This document shows positions 29,835 to 38,887 of a DNA stretch of 64,000 bases, piece after piece. Below the pieces are notes generated by a model. It was not told where the DNA came from, did not search any database, and saw only the letters and a program-made list of their open reading frames with translations. Position 1 is the first letter of the stretch, and every line of letters begins with the position of its first letter. Made by a program: the position numbers and the translations under genes. Origin of the DNA: an uncultured delta proteobacterium (lineage in GTDB: Bacteria > Desulfobacterota > Binatia > UBA9968); assembly GCA_963840855.1 (NCBI GenBank), contig CAWJBB010000034.1, positions 72,340 through 136,339 on the forward strand, written 5' to 3'.

Positions 29835-29850
29835 CAGGCGCTACGGTCTA

Positions 29851-29904
29851 TCTCGCGTCTTGGGTCTCGCGTTAACTCTAGACTCAAGACACGGGACCCG
29901 AGAC
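29851..29904. repeat. Paired inverted heptamer array (tctcgcg/tcttggg ... ctctaga/cccgaga)
   Basis: Same family at 38758-38826 and 41352-41428. Confidence 0.7.
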
Positions 29905-29937
29905 CAACTTTGAGCAGCCTTTAAGAGAGGTTTTTGT

Positions 29938-30420
29938 ATGAACAAGACTATTGATTTCACACTCAACGGCAAACAAGTTTCGCGCGAAGTTCCCAATCAC
30001 CGCCTGTTGCTCGATCTGTTGCGCGATGAGATCGGCGCGACTGGCACAAAAGAAGGCTGCGGCACCGGCGACTGCGGCGCGTGCACGGTTTTGCTCGACG
30101 GCAAACCCGTTAACTCATGCCTCGTGCTTTCCGGCGAACTTGACGGCACCGACATCGTCACCATCGAGGGACTGAAGATCGGTCCGGAGTTGCATCCGAT
30201 TCAAAAAGCCTTCTTGCAAGACGGCGGCGCCCAGTGCGGCTACTGCACGCCGGGAATGCTAATGATGTCAAAGGCGCTGCTCGACGAAAATCTCAACCCC
30301 ACGGAAGAGGATATTCGCTTCGCGCTGTCGGGCAACCTCTGCCGTTGCACCGGCTACGCGAAGATCATCCAGGCCGTGCAAGACGCTGCAACGATTATGC
30401 GAAGCAAAACCGTTCCATAA
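29938..30420 (+). CDS. (2Fe-2S)-binding subunit (CoxS-like)
   Basis: GC.TGDCGACTV, SCL, QCGYCTPG, GNLCRCTGY. Confidence 0.95.
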   Translation: MNKTIDFTLNGKQVSREVPNHRLLLDLLRDEIGATGTKEGCGTGDCGACTVLLDGKPVNSCLVLSGELDGTDIVTIEGLKIGPELHPIQKAFLQDGGAQCGYCTPGMLMMSKALLDENLNPTEEDIRFALSGNLCRCTGYAKIIQAVQDAATIMRSKTVP

Positions 30421-30421
30421 G

Positions 30422-30521
30422 TTTCAACCGTTCCAATCGTTCCAAACGTTCCAATCGTTTAAATCTTTAAATCCGCTTGAACACATGGAACGGTTGGAAC
30501 CATTGGAACTGTTGGAACTGG
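30422..30521. repeat. Paired inverted nonamer array (TTCCAAnCG n ... TGGAACnnT n)
   Basis: ttccaatcg-ttccaaacg-ttccaatcg ... tggaacggt-tggaaccat-tggaactgt; related pieces at 35170-35198 and 38838-38860. Confidence 0.8.
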
Positions 30522-30538
30522 AATTCTTAGGAGAAGAC

Positions 30539-32851
30539 ATGTCCGAACTCACAGTGATAGGTAAACCGGTTACCCGAGTTGACGCGGAAGAAAAGATCAC
30601 CGGCCAGGCGATCTACGGTTACGACCTGGTGCTGCCGAATATGCTCTATGGCAAGACGCTTTTCAGCCCCAAAGCGCACGCGAAGATCACAAAAATCAAC
30701 ACCGAGAAGGCGAAAAAGCTCCCCGGCGTGGTCGCGGTGGTGACCGGCGCGGACGCCCCCTGGACCCACGGCGAAGCTGTCAAGGACAAACCCTTTCTCG
30801 CGCAGGGCAAAGTGCGTTACATCGGCGAACCGGTTGCGGCGGTGGCCGCCGAGGACGAAGACATAGCGCAAGCGGCGGTGAAATTGATCGACGTCGAATA
30901 TGAAGACCTGCCTGTTTACACCGATCCGGAAGAGGCCTGCAAACCCGGTTGCATGGAGATCCACGAAGACTACGACAAATATCGCAAGGCCAACTTTATG
31001 GTTCGGGGCGCCGCGCCCAATGTCGCCGAGCATTTTAAACTTCGCACCGGCGATGTCGAAGCCGGCTTCAAGCAATCCGATTTAGTCCTCGAAGAGCGCT
31101 ACTTCGTGCCGATGATCCAGCACGCCGCCATGGAGCCCCATTCGGCCCATGCGCAGTTCGACAAAGAATCTGGCCGCTTGACCATCTGGGTGGCCAACGA
31201 TGCGCCGTTCCGCGCGCTCCATGAGATTACCGAAGCCTTGAACATGCCCAAGGAAAAGATTCGCTTCATCAACCCGCTTCAGGGCGGCGGCTTCGGCTCC
31301 AAGGGCGGTCTCAAGGTCGAACCCATCGCCGTCGCTCTCGCTTTCCATACCAACGGGCGCCCGGTGCGGGTGAAATTCAACCGCGAGGAGACTTTCATAT
31401 CGACGCTCACGCGCCACGAAGCGGTGGTCTATTGTAAGACCGGCGTGAAAAGAGACGGTACTTTGATGGCGCGCCAGATGACCATCTACTGGGGCGCCGG
31501 GGCCTACGCCGAGAAAAGCCCGACGGTTTGCATCCGCGGCAGCCTGCCCGCACCCGGCCCCTATCGTATTCCCCATGTGAAAGTGGATGGCTACGCAGTC
31601 TACACTAACAAGCCCATCGCGGGTTCTTATCGCGGATATGGTATTCCGCAAGGCGCCTGGGCCGGCGAGCAACAGATGGACGAGATCGCTCGGCGTCTGG
31701 GCATGGACCCCATCGATATTCGCTTGAAGAATATTTTTGTCGAGGGCGATGTCTCCTACTGGGGCGAGCAGCTCCACGCCGTCGGCCTCAAAGAGACGCT
31801 CATCAAAGCCACCGAAGCTATCGACTACGGCAAGAAACCGGTCAACGCCAAGCCCGGAGTCAAGATCGGCAAAGGGTTCGCCTGTATTCAGAAACCCACC
31901 CGCTCGCCGACCACTTCAGCGGCCGGAGTGCTCGTCAATGCCAAGGGTGAAGTGACGGTGCTCGCGGGCACGGTGGAGATCGGCCAGGGCTGCAACACGA
32001 TTCTATCGCAAGTAGCCGCGGAAGAACTAAAAGTACCGATGGACAAAGTGCGCATGCACCCACTGGACACCGATGTGATTCCTTACGATGCTTCCACAAC
32101 GTCGAGCCGGAGCACCTATCATATGGGCAACGCCGTGCGCCGCGCGTCGATTCATGCGCGCGAGCAGATCATGGAAGCGGCCAGCCCGATGCTCGAAGCC
32201 GCCGCCAGAGATCTGGACGTCGGCGACGGCAAGGTGTTTCTCAAAGATCAGCCCCAACAGGCCCTGCCCATCGGGGAAGTGGTGCGGCGCAAGCTCGGCA
32301 TCAACGGCGAGGTGCGCGGCGACGGCTCCTATACGTACGAAATCGGCAAGGATCTGGACCTCGAAACCGGCCACAGCGACCACGCCTCGGCGTTTTACAT
32401 GTATGCCACCCAGGCCGCCGAAGTGGCGGTGGATGAAGAAAGCGGCCGGGTGCGGGTGCTCCGGATGTCCGCCGCCCATGACGTCGGCAAGGCGATCAAC
32501 CCGCTCAATTGCGCGGCGCAAATCGAAGGCGGCGTAGTCATGGGCATCGGCTCGGCCCTGCATGAGGAATTGGTGGTGGACAACACCGGCAAGGTGCGCA
32601 ACCCGTCGTTTCTCGATTACCACCTGGTAACCTCGTTGGACACGCCGGAGATGATCCCTATCATCGTCGAATGCACGGAACCTGAGGGACCCTATGGCGC
32701 CAAAGGCTTGGGAGAGCCCGGTCTCGCGCCGACGCCCGCGGCCATCGGCAACGCCGTCACCGACGCAATTGGGGTAAGGATCTACGACCTTCCGCTCAAG
32801 CCTGAAAACGTCTACTGGGCGCTGCAAAAAAAGAAAAGAGACGCCGCGTAG
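30539..32851 (+). CDS. Xanthine dehydrogenase family molybdopterin-binding subunit
   Basis: MEPH, GGGFGSKG, YRGYGIPQ, EIGQG, SSRST, QIEGG, AKGLGEP; AGGAG RBS before ATG 30539. Confidence 0.94.
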   Translation: MSELTVIGKPVTRVDAEEKITGQAIYGYDLVLPNMLYGKTLFSPKAHAKITKINTEKAKKLPGVVAVVTGADAPWTHGEAVKDKPFLAQGKVRYIGEPVAAVAAEDEDIAQAAVKLIDVEYEDLPVYTDPEEACKPGCMEIHEDYDKYRKANFMVRGAAPNVAEHFKLRTGDVEAGFKQSDLVLEERYFVPMIQHAAMEPHSAHAQFDKESGRLTIWVANDAPFRALHEITEALNMPKEKIRFINPLQGGGFGSKGGLKVEPIAVALAFHTNGRPVRVKFNREETFISTLTRHEAVVYCKTGVKRDGTLMARQMTIYWGAGAYAEKSPTVCIRGSLPAPGPYRIPHVKVDGYAVYTNKPIAGSYRGYGIPQGAWAGEQQMDEIARRLGMDPIDIRLKNIFVEGDVSYWGEQLHAVGLKETLIKATEAIDYGKKPVNAKPGVKIGKGFACIQKPTRSPTTSAAGVLVNAKGEVTVLAGTVEIGQGCNTILSQVAAEELKVPMDKVRMHPLDTDVIPYDASTTSSRSTYHMGNAVRRASIHAREQIMEAASPMLEAAARDLDVGDGKVFLKDQPQQALPIGEVVRRKLGINGEVRGDGSYTYEIGKDLDLETGHSDHASAFYMYATQAAEVAVDEESGRVRVLRMSAAHDVGKAINPLNCAAQIEGGVVMGIGSALHEELVVDNTGKVRNPSFLDYHLVTSLDTPEMIPIIVECTEPEGPYGAKGLGEPGLAPTPAAIGNAVTDAIGVRIYDLPLKPENVYWALQKKKRDAA

Positions 32852-32894
32852 GAAAACTTACCCTGCTTGACAGCCGGCGCTGCGCCCGCGTAGA

Positions 32895-33776
32895 TTGGCC
32901 TACCTAATTCAAGCCAAGGAGCCGATTACGGTAAAGCCACAAGACGATGCCTCGCTTAACCTGGTTTCCCTCAACGGCGAAGAGCCATCGGCGGCGCGCA
33001 AGTTCGTCTGGCGCGTCAAGGATATTCTGTCCGACTGGCTTGGCGTCATCGGCGTCGTCGGCTTTTTCCTCGGCTGGGAGCTTTCGACTCGTTTCGAAAT
33101 CTTAAATCCCTTTTTCTTCCCGCCGTTCACCAAGATCATCGCCAAAGGCTACGAGCTTTTCGCCAACGGCACGATCTGGGAGCATATGTGGTTCAGCCTG
33201 ACGAACTTCCTCATCGGCTTCGTCGTGTCGGTGGCGCTGGGCGTGGCCATCGGCATTCCCATGGGCTGGTATAAGAGCGTCAGCAAAACCTTCGACCCGC
33301 TGTTGTCGGGCGTTTATGCTACGCCGCTGATCGCCTTGCTGCCGCTGATTATCATGATGTTCGGCCTGGGGGCGATCTCGAAAATTATCATGACAGTGCT
33401 CGCGGCGGTATTCCCGATCTTAATCAACACCATGGCGGGTATCGCCAACACCGATCATCGCCTGATCACCATGGCGCGCGCATTCGGCGCCAAAGACAGC
33501 ACGATTTTTCTCAAGGTTTCGGTGCCGGGATCGCTGCCGTTCATCGTCGCCGGCATGCGCGTCGCGCTGGGCCGTGCCCTGGTTTACATCGTCGTCGCCG
33601 AACAATACGGCGCAGCCACCGGTCTTGGCTATCTCAGCTCCGTGGCCGCTCAACGCTTTCAGATGGCCGCGATGTTCGTACCCATCGTCATCATCGCCGC
33701 TCTCGGCGCTGGCCTGAACGAGCTGCTCAAGATGGTGGAATCACGTTTGGAAAAATGGAAACCACCCAGACAGTAA
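32895..33776 (+). CDS. ABC permease, NitT/TauT (SsuC-like) family; start codon uncertain
   Basis: FPPF..I, P.IALLPL, FPILINT, ARAFGA, PGSLP.I.AG.R, VVAE. Confidence 0.9.
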   Translation: MAYLIQAKEPITVKPQDDASLNLVSLNGEEPSAARKFVWRVKDILSDWLGVIGVVGFFLGWELSTRFEILNPFFFPPFTKIIAKGYELFANGTIWEHMWFSLTNFLIGFVVSVALGVAIGIPMGWYKSVSKTFDPLLSGVYATPLIALLPLIIMMFGLGAISKIIMTVLAAVFPILINTMAGIANTDHRLITMARAFGAKDSTIFLKVSVPGSLPFIVAGMRVALGRALVYIVVAEQYGAATGLGYLSSVAAQRFQMAAMFVPIVIIAALGAGLNELLKMVESRLEKWKPPRQ

Positions 33777-33960
33777 TCGACTGAGAAATAATAAAGTTTA
33801 CAAATGAATTGGCACGAGAGTTTCTGACATCGCGGTCCTCCGAATCTCGGTCGAGATTCTTCACTCCGCTACGCTATGATCAGAATGACAGGATGAAGAA
33901 TTGGAAAGTTTAATTTTTAACAACTCACTAATCAAGACTCTTGTAAAGCGGAGGAAGTTA

Positions 33961-34956
33961 ATGAATTCGGCAATCAGGCTCATTTCGTTGTTGTTGCTGC
34001 TGGCCGCAGAGCTCTTTTTTCGCCCCGGCGAGACTGGTGCCCAGGGAACCAAGATGATCGTCGGCCAGGCGGGCGTGAACCCTGGAGCCGGGCTTTTCTC
34101 CATCGCGGTTAAAGAAGGTTATTACAAGAAACATGGACTAGACGTCGAAATCATCAAAACCAATACCACCGCCGCGGTGCAGGCGATGCTTTCCGGCAAA
34201 ATGCAGATGGCCACGGGCGCCGGCGCCGCCGCCTTTGTGACGGCAACCTTGGAAGGCGCGCCGCCTTTTGTCTTGGTTGGCTCCTGGGTCAACGTCTTCC
34301 CATATAAAGTCATGGCGCAAAAAACCATCAAGAAGGTCGAAGACTTGAAGGGCAAGACGGGACATGTCGGCGCGCCCTTCGGCACGATTCCGGACACGGC
34401 TCTGCGATTCGCTCTGAACCGGTTAAAAATCGATGCGGAGAAAGACGTCAAACTGGTTCAACATTCCAACGCCGATCCCGCCAGCATCCTGGCGGCGATG
34501 GAAAAAGGCGAAGTTCAGTTCGGCATTTTCGCGCCGCCTTTCGACCTCATCGCCGAAAGGCGCGGCTATCAAATGTTGCTGGCGTTGCCCGGCTTGGGCA
34601 TCCCCTGGCAGCAGAACGGCGAGATTCTTCCGGCATCCTATCTCAAGAGCAATCGCGACAACGTGGTGCGTTTCATGAGAGCCACCGCCGACGCGTCGAA
34701 GTTTTACTACGAACAAAAAGAAAAGACCATCGATATCATGAGCGAATACCTGGGCCGCACCCGCGATGAAACCGAGTACGCGTACAACCAATACAAGCGC
34801 TGGACGGACCCAGTGCCGCGGCCCCAAGTCGAGACCATCAAGACTACACTCGAAGCGATCAAGAAAAATACGCCCAAGGCGGCGACGGCGAACGCCGCGG
34901 CGTTCATCGACACCAGCATCGTCGACCAGTTGGTGAAAGAAGGCTACTATAAATGA
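33961..34956 (+). CDS. NitT/TauT family substrate-binding protein
   Basis: Signal peptide; GYYKKHGLDVE, DLKGK, FID.SIVD; GGAGG RBS. Confidence 0.88.
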   Translation: MNSAIRLISLLLLLAAELFFRPGETGAQGTKMIVGQAGVNPGAGLFSIAVKEGYYKKHGLDVEIIKTNTTAAVQAMLSGKMQMATGAGAAAFVTATLEGAPPFVLVGSWVNVFPYKVMAQKTIKKVEDLKGKTGHVGAPFGTIPDTALRFALNRLKIDAEKDVKLVQHSNADPASILAAMEKGEVQFGIFAPPFDLIAERRGYQMLLALPGLGIPWQQNGEILPASYLKSNRDNVVRFMRATADASKFYYEQKEKTIDIMSEYLGRTRDETEYAYNQYKRWTDPVPRPQVETIKTTLEAIKKNTPKAATANAAAFIDTSIVDQLVKEGYYK

Positions 34957-35094
34957 AGCTCCTCGGAGCAAAGCTCCGAGGTATCTTGCGAAATTCCCCG
35001 AAGCCGCTTCCACCCTCCTTCGCCAAGGCTACGGAGGGTTCTCCTCGCCTTCATCCCCGCAGCAAGCTGCGAGGTATTCGGCGAAGGAGAATAA
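34953..35094. mobile_element. Non-autonomous palindrome-bounded element (PATE/MITE-like), copy 1
   Basis: Subterminal hairpins cctcggagcaaagctccgagg and ccccgcagcaagctgcgagg, with internal REP-like ccctccttcgccaaggctacggaggg; near-identical copy at 63876-64000. Confidence 0.7.
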
Positions 35095-35157
35095 GGACGA
35101 AGTAGGAAGGATGAAAGCGGAAAACAATATTTGTCTTGTTACTTCATCCTTCGTTTT
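35095..35157. repeat. Degenerate paired heptamer array (GGATGAA/TTCATCC family)
   Basis: ggacgaa-gtaggaa-ggatgaa-agcggaa ... ttcatcc-ttcgtt. Confidence 0.6.
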
Positions 35158-35207
35158 TTCCGGATAACGATTTGAACGGCTGGAACTACTTGAACGATCA
35201 ACGTGAT

Positions 35208-35236
35208 TTGACCCAACGGGTTCGCGGTGTTAGCAT
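35208..35236 (+). promoter_or_regulatory. Sigma70-type promoter for the LLM gene
   Basis: TTGACC-17 nt-TAGCAT with TG extended -10. Confidence 0.55.
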
Positions 35237-35269
35237 CCCGCGTAGTTTCAATTAAGGAGCGTTAGATCA

Positions 35270-36403
35270 GTGAAGCTGTACAATTTCGATCTCCTCGCCT
35301 ACCCCGGCGTCCCCAAGGACGCGCCGCGCACCCCGGTGCCAAGCAGCTTTTTCGACCCCACCAAAGGCGCGGCCAATTACGCCGAACACCTTGAAGAAAT
35401 GGCGTACTGCGAGGAACTCGGTTTCGACGGCGTCGTCTTCAACGAACACCACTACAGCGCCTACGGCACCATGCCGTCGCCGAACCTGATCGCCGCCGCG
35501 CTGAGCCAAAAAACCAAGAAGATCAAGATCGGCGTCCTCGGCAACATCTTACCGTTGCGCAATCATCCCGTGCGCGTCGCCGAAGAGTACGCCATGATCG
35601 ACTGCCTCAGTAACGGACGGCTCATCGCCGGCTTTGTGCGTGGCATCCCGCCGGAATATATCTGGTACGGCGTGAACCCGGAAGAATCGCGCGGCCGTTT
35701 TGAGGAAGCCTACGATCTCATTATGACCGCATGGACCGAATCGGTCTGGAGTCATGAGGGCAAGTTCTTTCAGCTGCACGATTGCGCCATCTGGCCAAGA
35801 CCTATGCAACAGCCGCACCCGCCGGTATGGATTGCCGCGCGCAGCGCCGAGTCGGTTGAATGGTGCGTGAAGCGGCATCTCCCCTGCGCGCAGGTCTACC
35901 AAACAACGGGGCAAATCGAAGACACCTTCGGTTATTATCGCACCAAGGCGAGTGAAGAAGGCTGGGAAGCCGGGCCGGATAAATTCATCCTCTGCCGCCA
36001 TATTTACATTGACGAGACCGATCAGAAGGCCCGCGAGTTCGCCGCGCCGGCGATGGCTTACTTTTTTACCGTTTTCAATCGCGGCTTCAATGAAGCAATC
36101 AACAAGGAGGCCGTCGCTCAGAAGCTGACTGCAGCCTTGACGTCAGAACGGTCGTTTAGCTATTTCCGCAAAGACAACCGGGAACGGCGCGACTTTTCCA
36201 AGTTCGACTGGGACGGGCTTCTCGGCACCGGCTATCTCATCGCCGGGAATCCCGACAGCGTCGCGAAGCAAATTCAAGATCAAATGAAGCAAGTCGGCGC
36301 CGATCATTTCATGGGCATGTTCCACATCGGCAACCTGCCCCATGATAGGGTCATCGACTCGCTCAATCTCTTTAAAAAAGAGATCATGCCGCGGCTGCAG
36401 TAG
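35270..36403 (+). CDS. LLM-class flavin-dependent oxidoreductase
   Basis: CEELGFDGVVFNEHH, MPSPN, PVRVAEEYAMID.LSNGR, WPRPMQQPHPPVW; AAGGAG RBS and GTG start. Confidence 0.92.
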   Translation: MKLYNFDLLAYPGVPKDAPRTPVPSSFFDPTKGAANYAEHLEEMAYCEELGFDGVVFNEHHYSAYGTMPSPNLIAAALSQKTKKIKIGVLGNILPLRNHPVRVAEEYAMIDCLSNGRLIAGFVRGIPPEYIWYGVNPEESRGRFEEAYDLIMTAWTESVWSHEGKFFQLHDCAIWPRPMQQPHPPVWIAARSAESVEWCVKRHLPCAQVYQTTGQIEDTFGYYRTKASEEGWEAGPDKFILCRHIYIDETDQKAREFAAPAMAYFFTVFNRGFNEAINKEAVAQKLTAALTSERSFSYFRKDNRERRDFSKFDWDGLLGTGYLIAGNPDSVAKQIQDQMKQVGADHFMGMFHIGNLPHDRVIDSLNLFKKEIMPRLQ

Positions 36404-36636
36404 ATCCGCATCGCTACTTTGTTCAAAGTTCAAGGTTCAATGTTCAAGGTATAGCGATCCTTTTATTGAACCTCATATTCCCTTGGCTGATCAAGGCTCA
36501 CTCTTCGCTTGCACTATCTTGTGGTTTTACCTTAAGTGCGTGACTAAACCAGGCACCCCCCACCGTTGCGCCTTGCCTTGACAACAATTTTCGCCTCTCA
36601 TATTTCTGCGGAGTAACGCTTCTTGAAAGGATTTTC

Positions 36637-38748
36637 ATGGCAGCAAAGAAAAGTTACATCATCGGCGTGGACACCGGCGGAACTTTCACCGATGTCGTCG
36701 TGCTCGGCGACGGCGGCGAAGTGTGGACGGCGAAGGCTTCGACAACGCCCGATGATTTTTCTCTCGGTGTGATGGACGCGGTTAAGGAGGCGGCGAGCGC
36801 CGTGGGCGTCGACACCCTCGAATTGCTGGGCCGGACGACGCTTTTCAAACATGGCAGCACGGTGGCCACCAACGCGCTCATCACCCACAACGGCTGCAAG
36901 GTCGGTCTCATTACCACCAAGGGCTTCGAAGACACCACGGAGATCATGCGCGCCATTGGGCGCGTCGACGGTCTTTCCGACGACGAGATCAAGCATGTCA
37001 CCTGGATCACCAAGCCCGATCCATTCGCGCCGCGCGAGCGCGTCATCGGCGTGCGCGAGCGCATGGACTACCAGGGGAATGAAATCGTCCCGCTCAACCG
37101 GCTCGATGTCATGGACGCCATCCGGCGCCTGATCGAAGAAGACAAAGTCGATGCCGTCGCCGTGAGTTTGATACACGCCTGGGCAAACACCAAACACGAA
37201 GAAGAAATTCGCGCGCTTACCGCCGAAGCCGACCCGCAGCGAAAAGTTTACTGGTCCTTCGGCAGCGCGCTGTCGCAGGTCGCCGGCGAGTACGCGCGCG
37301 CGAACACGGCGATCCTGAACAGTTATCTCGGCCCGACGGTGGAACGCTATCTCAAAGGCCTGGAAGCGAAATTGCAAAACGGCGGGCTCAAAGGGCCGCT
37401 TTTGATCATGCAGGGCAACGGCGGCGTGGCCCACGCGCAGCATGTGAGCGCCATCGCCAACCTCCAATCCGGCCCGGCGGGCGGCATGATCGCGTCGGCT
37501 TACGTGGCGGGACTATTGAAACACAAAAACGTCATCACCACGGACATGGGCGGCACCAGTTTCGATGTCGGCCTCATCACCGAAGGTTACTGGCGTTACG
37601 CGCAGGAGCCCATCGTCGAGCGCTTTCGCATGCTGCAGCCGATCATCGATATCGAATCCATCGGCGCCGGCGGCGGCACCATCGCGCAGGTGGAAGCGGA
37701 AACGGGACGGCTGCTGGTCGGACCGCGCAGCGCCGGCGCGAGTCCCGGCCCGGTCTGTTACGACGCCGGCGGCGAGCAGGTCACGGTCACCGACGCCGAT
37801 CTGGCTCTCGGCATCATCGACCCCGGTTATTTTCTCGGCGGCAGAAAGCCTTTGAACAAGGAAAAGGCCCTCAGGGCGATCGAAGAAAAGATTGCCCGGC
37901 CGTTGAAACTCGAGGCGCAGGAAGCCGCCGCCGGCGTCTACGACATCGTCAATGCCAAGATGTCCGACCTGATCCGCCGTCAAGTCGTGCGCACCGGCTA
38001 CCTCCCGGAGGAGTTTGTCATCTACGCCTTCGGCGGCGCCGGCCCCGTGCACGCCGCGGGTTTCGCCGCCGAGTTGGGCGTCAGGCAGATTTACATCTTC
38101 GCCACTTCGCCGGTCTTTTCCGCCTTTGGCGCCGCCGCCGCCGATGTGATTCGCACGCGGGTCATCAGCTGCCAATACATCCAGCCGGCCGATCCAGCGC
38201 TGATCAACGAGCGGCTGGCCGCCATTGAAGAGGAGATGGGCGCCGCCATGGGGGCCGAAGGTTTCACACGAAACCAGGTGGAGTTTCGCCGTTTCTTCAC
38301 GATGCGTTACCGGCGGCAAACCGCAGGCGTCGAATTACCCGTGGACTTCGACCGCTTCAACGCAAAGCGAGTAGCGGAACTGCAGGGCGCGTTTGAGAAA
38401 AAATACGAAGAACTTTACGGCACCGGCGCCGGCTACACCAGCGCCGGCAGCGAAATCAGCGAGATGCGCGTCGACGCCATTGGCAAAGTCGCCAAGCCAC
38501 GCCTGAGTGCCAGACGCAAAACCACCGGTAATGCCCGCGGTGCGCTCAAGGGCAAGCGCCGCGTCTTCTTCACCCGGCCCGAGCGCAAATTCATCGACAC
38601 GCCGGTTTACGACTACGAACGTCTCGGCGTCGGCGCCACGGTTAAAGGACCGTCGATCATTGAGCTGCCGTTCACGACCACGTTGGTGCCGCCGGAACAC
38701 AAGGTCACGGTTGATCCGTATATGAACCTGGTCATGCAGGTGCCGTGA
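36637..38748 (+). CDS. Hydantoinase/oxoprolinase A subunit (HyuA/AcxA-like, ATP-binding)
   Basis: GVDTGGTFTD, HGSTVATNA, SGPAGG, DMGGTSFD, GAGGG, GPRSAGASPGP.CY, FGGAGP.H. Confidence 0.95.
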   Translation: MAAKKSYIIGVDTGGTFTDVVVLGDGGEVWTAKASTTPDDFSLGVMDAVKEAASAVGVDTLELLGRTTLFKHGSTVATNALITHNGCKVGLITTKGFEDTTEIMRAIGRVDGLSDDEIKHVTWITKPDPFAPRERVIGVRERMDYQGNEIVPLNRLDVMDAIRRLIEEDKVDAVAVSLIHAWANTKHEEEIRALTAEADPQRKVYWSFGSALSQVAGEYARANTAILNSYLGPTVERYLKGLEAKLQNGGLKGPLLIMQGNGGVAHAQHVSAIANLQSGPAGGMIASAYVAGLLKHKNVITTDMGGTSFDVGLITEGYWRYAQEPIVERFRMLQPIIDIESIGAGGGTIAQVEAETGRLLVGPRSAGASPGPVCYDAGGEQVTVTDADLALGIIDPGYFLGGRKPLNKEKALRAIEEKIARPLKLEAQEAAAGVYDIVNAKMSDLIRRQVVRTGYLPEEFVIYAFGGAGPVHAAGFAAELGVRQIYIFATSPVFSAFGAAAADVIRTRVISCQYIQPADPALINERLAAIEEEMGAAMGAEGFTRNQVEFRRFFTMRYRRQTAGVELPVDFDRFNAKRVAELQGAFEKKYEELYGTGAGYTSAGSEISEMRVDAIGKVAKPRLSARRKTTGNARGALKGKRRVFFTRPERKFIDTPVYDYERLGVGATVKGPSIIELPFTTTLVPPEHKVTVDPYMNLVMQVP

Positions 38749-38887
38749 GACGGAATACGAGTCCAGGGTCCAGCGTCTGTGGTCTCGCGTCAAAAACTCT
38801 AGACGCTCAACACTGGACTCTAGACTTCTGTCGGGACGGTTTGAACGATTTGAACGACGTAAAAGACTGGAATGGCTTGGACATTTT

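Noticed and set aside
30485-30538. N-terminal extension MERLEPLELLELE of the Mo subunit
   Set aside because: Translation of the nonamer repeat; the RBS supports ATG 30539.
28923-32851. Aerobic CO dehydrogenase coxMSL
   Set aside because: Active-site loop is SYRGYG, not AYRCSFR or AYRGAGR, and there are no coxDEFG accessory genes.
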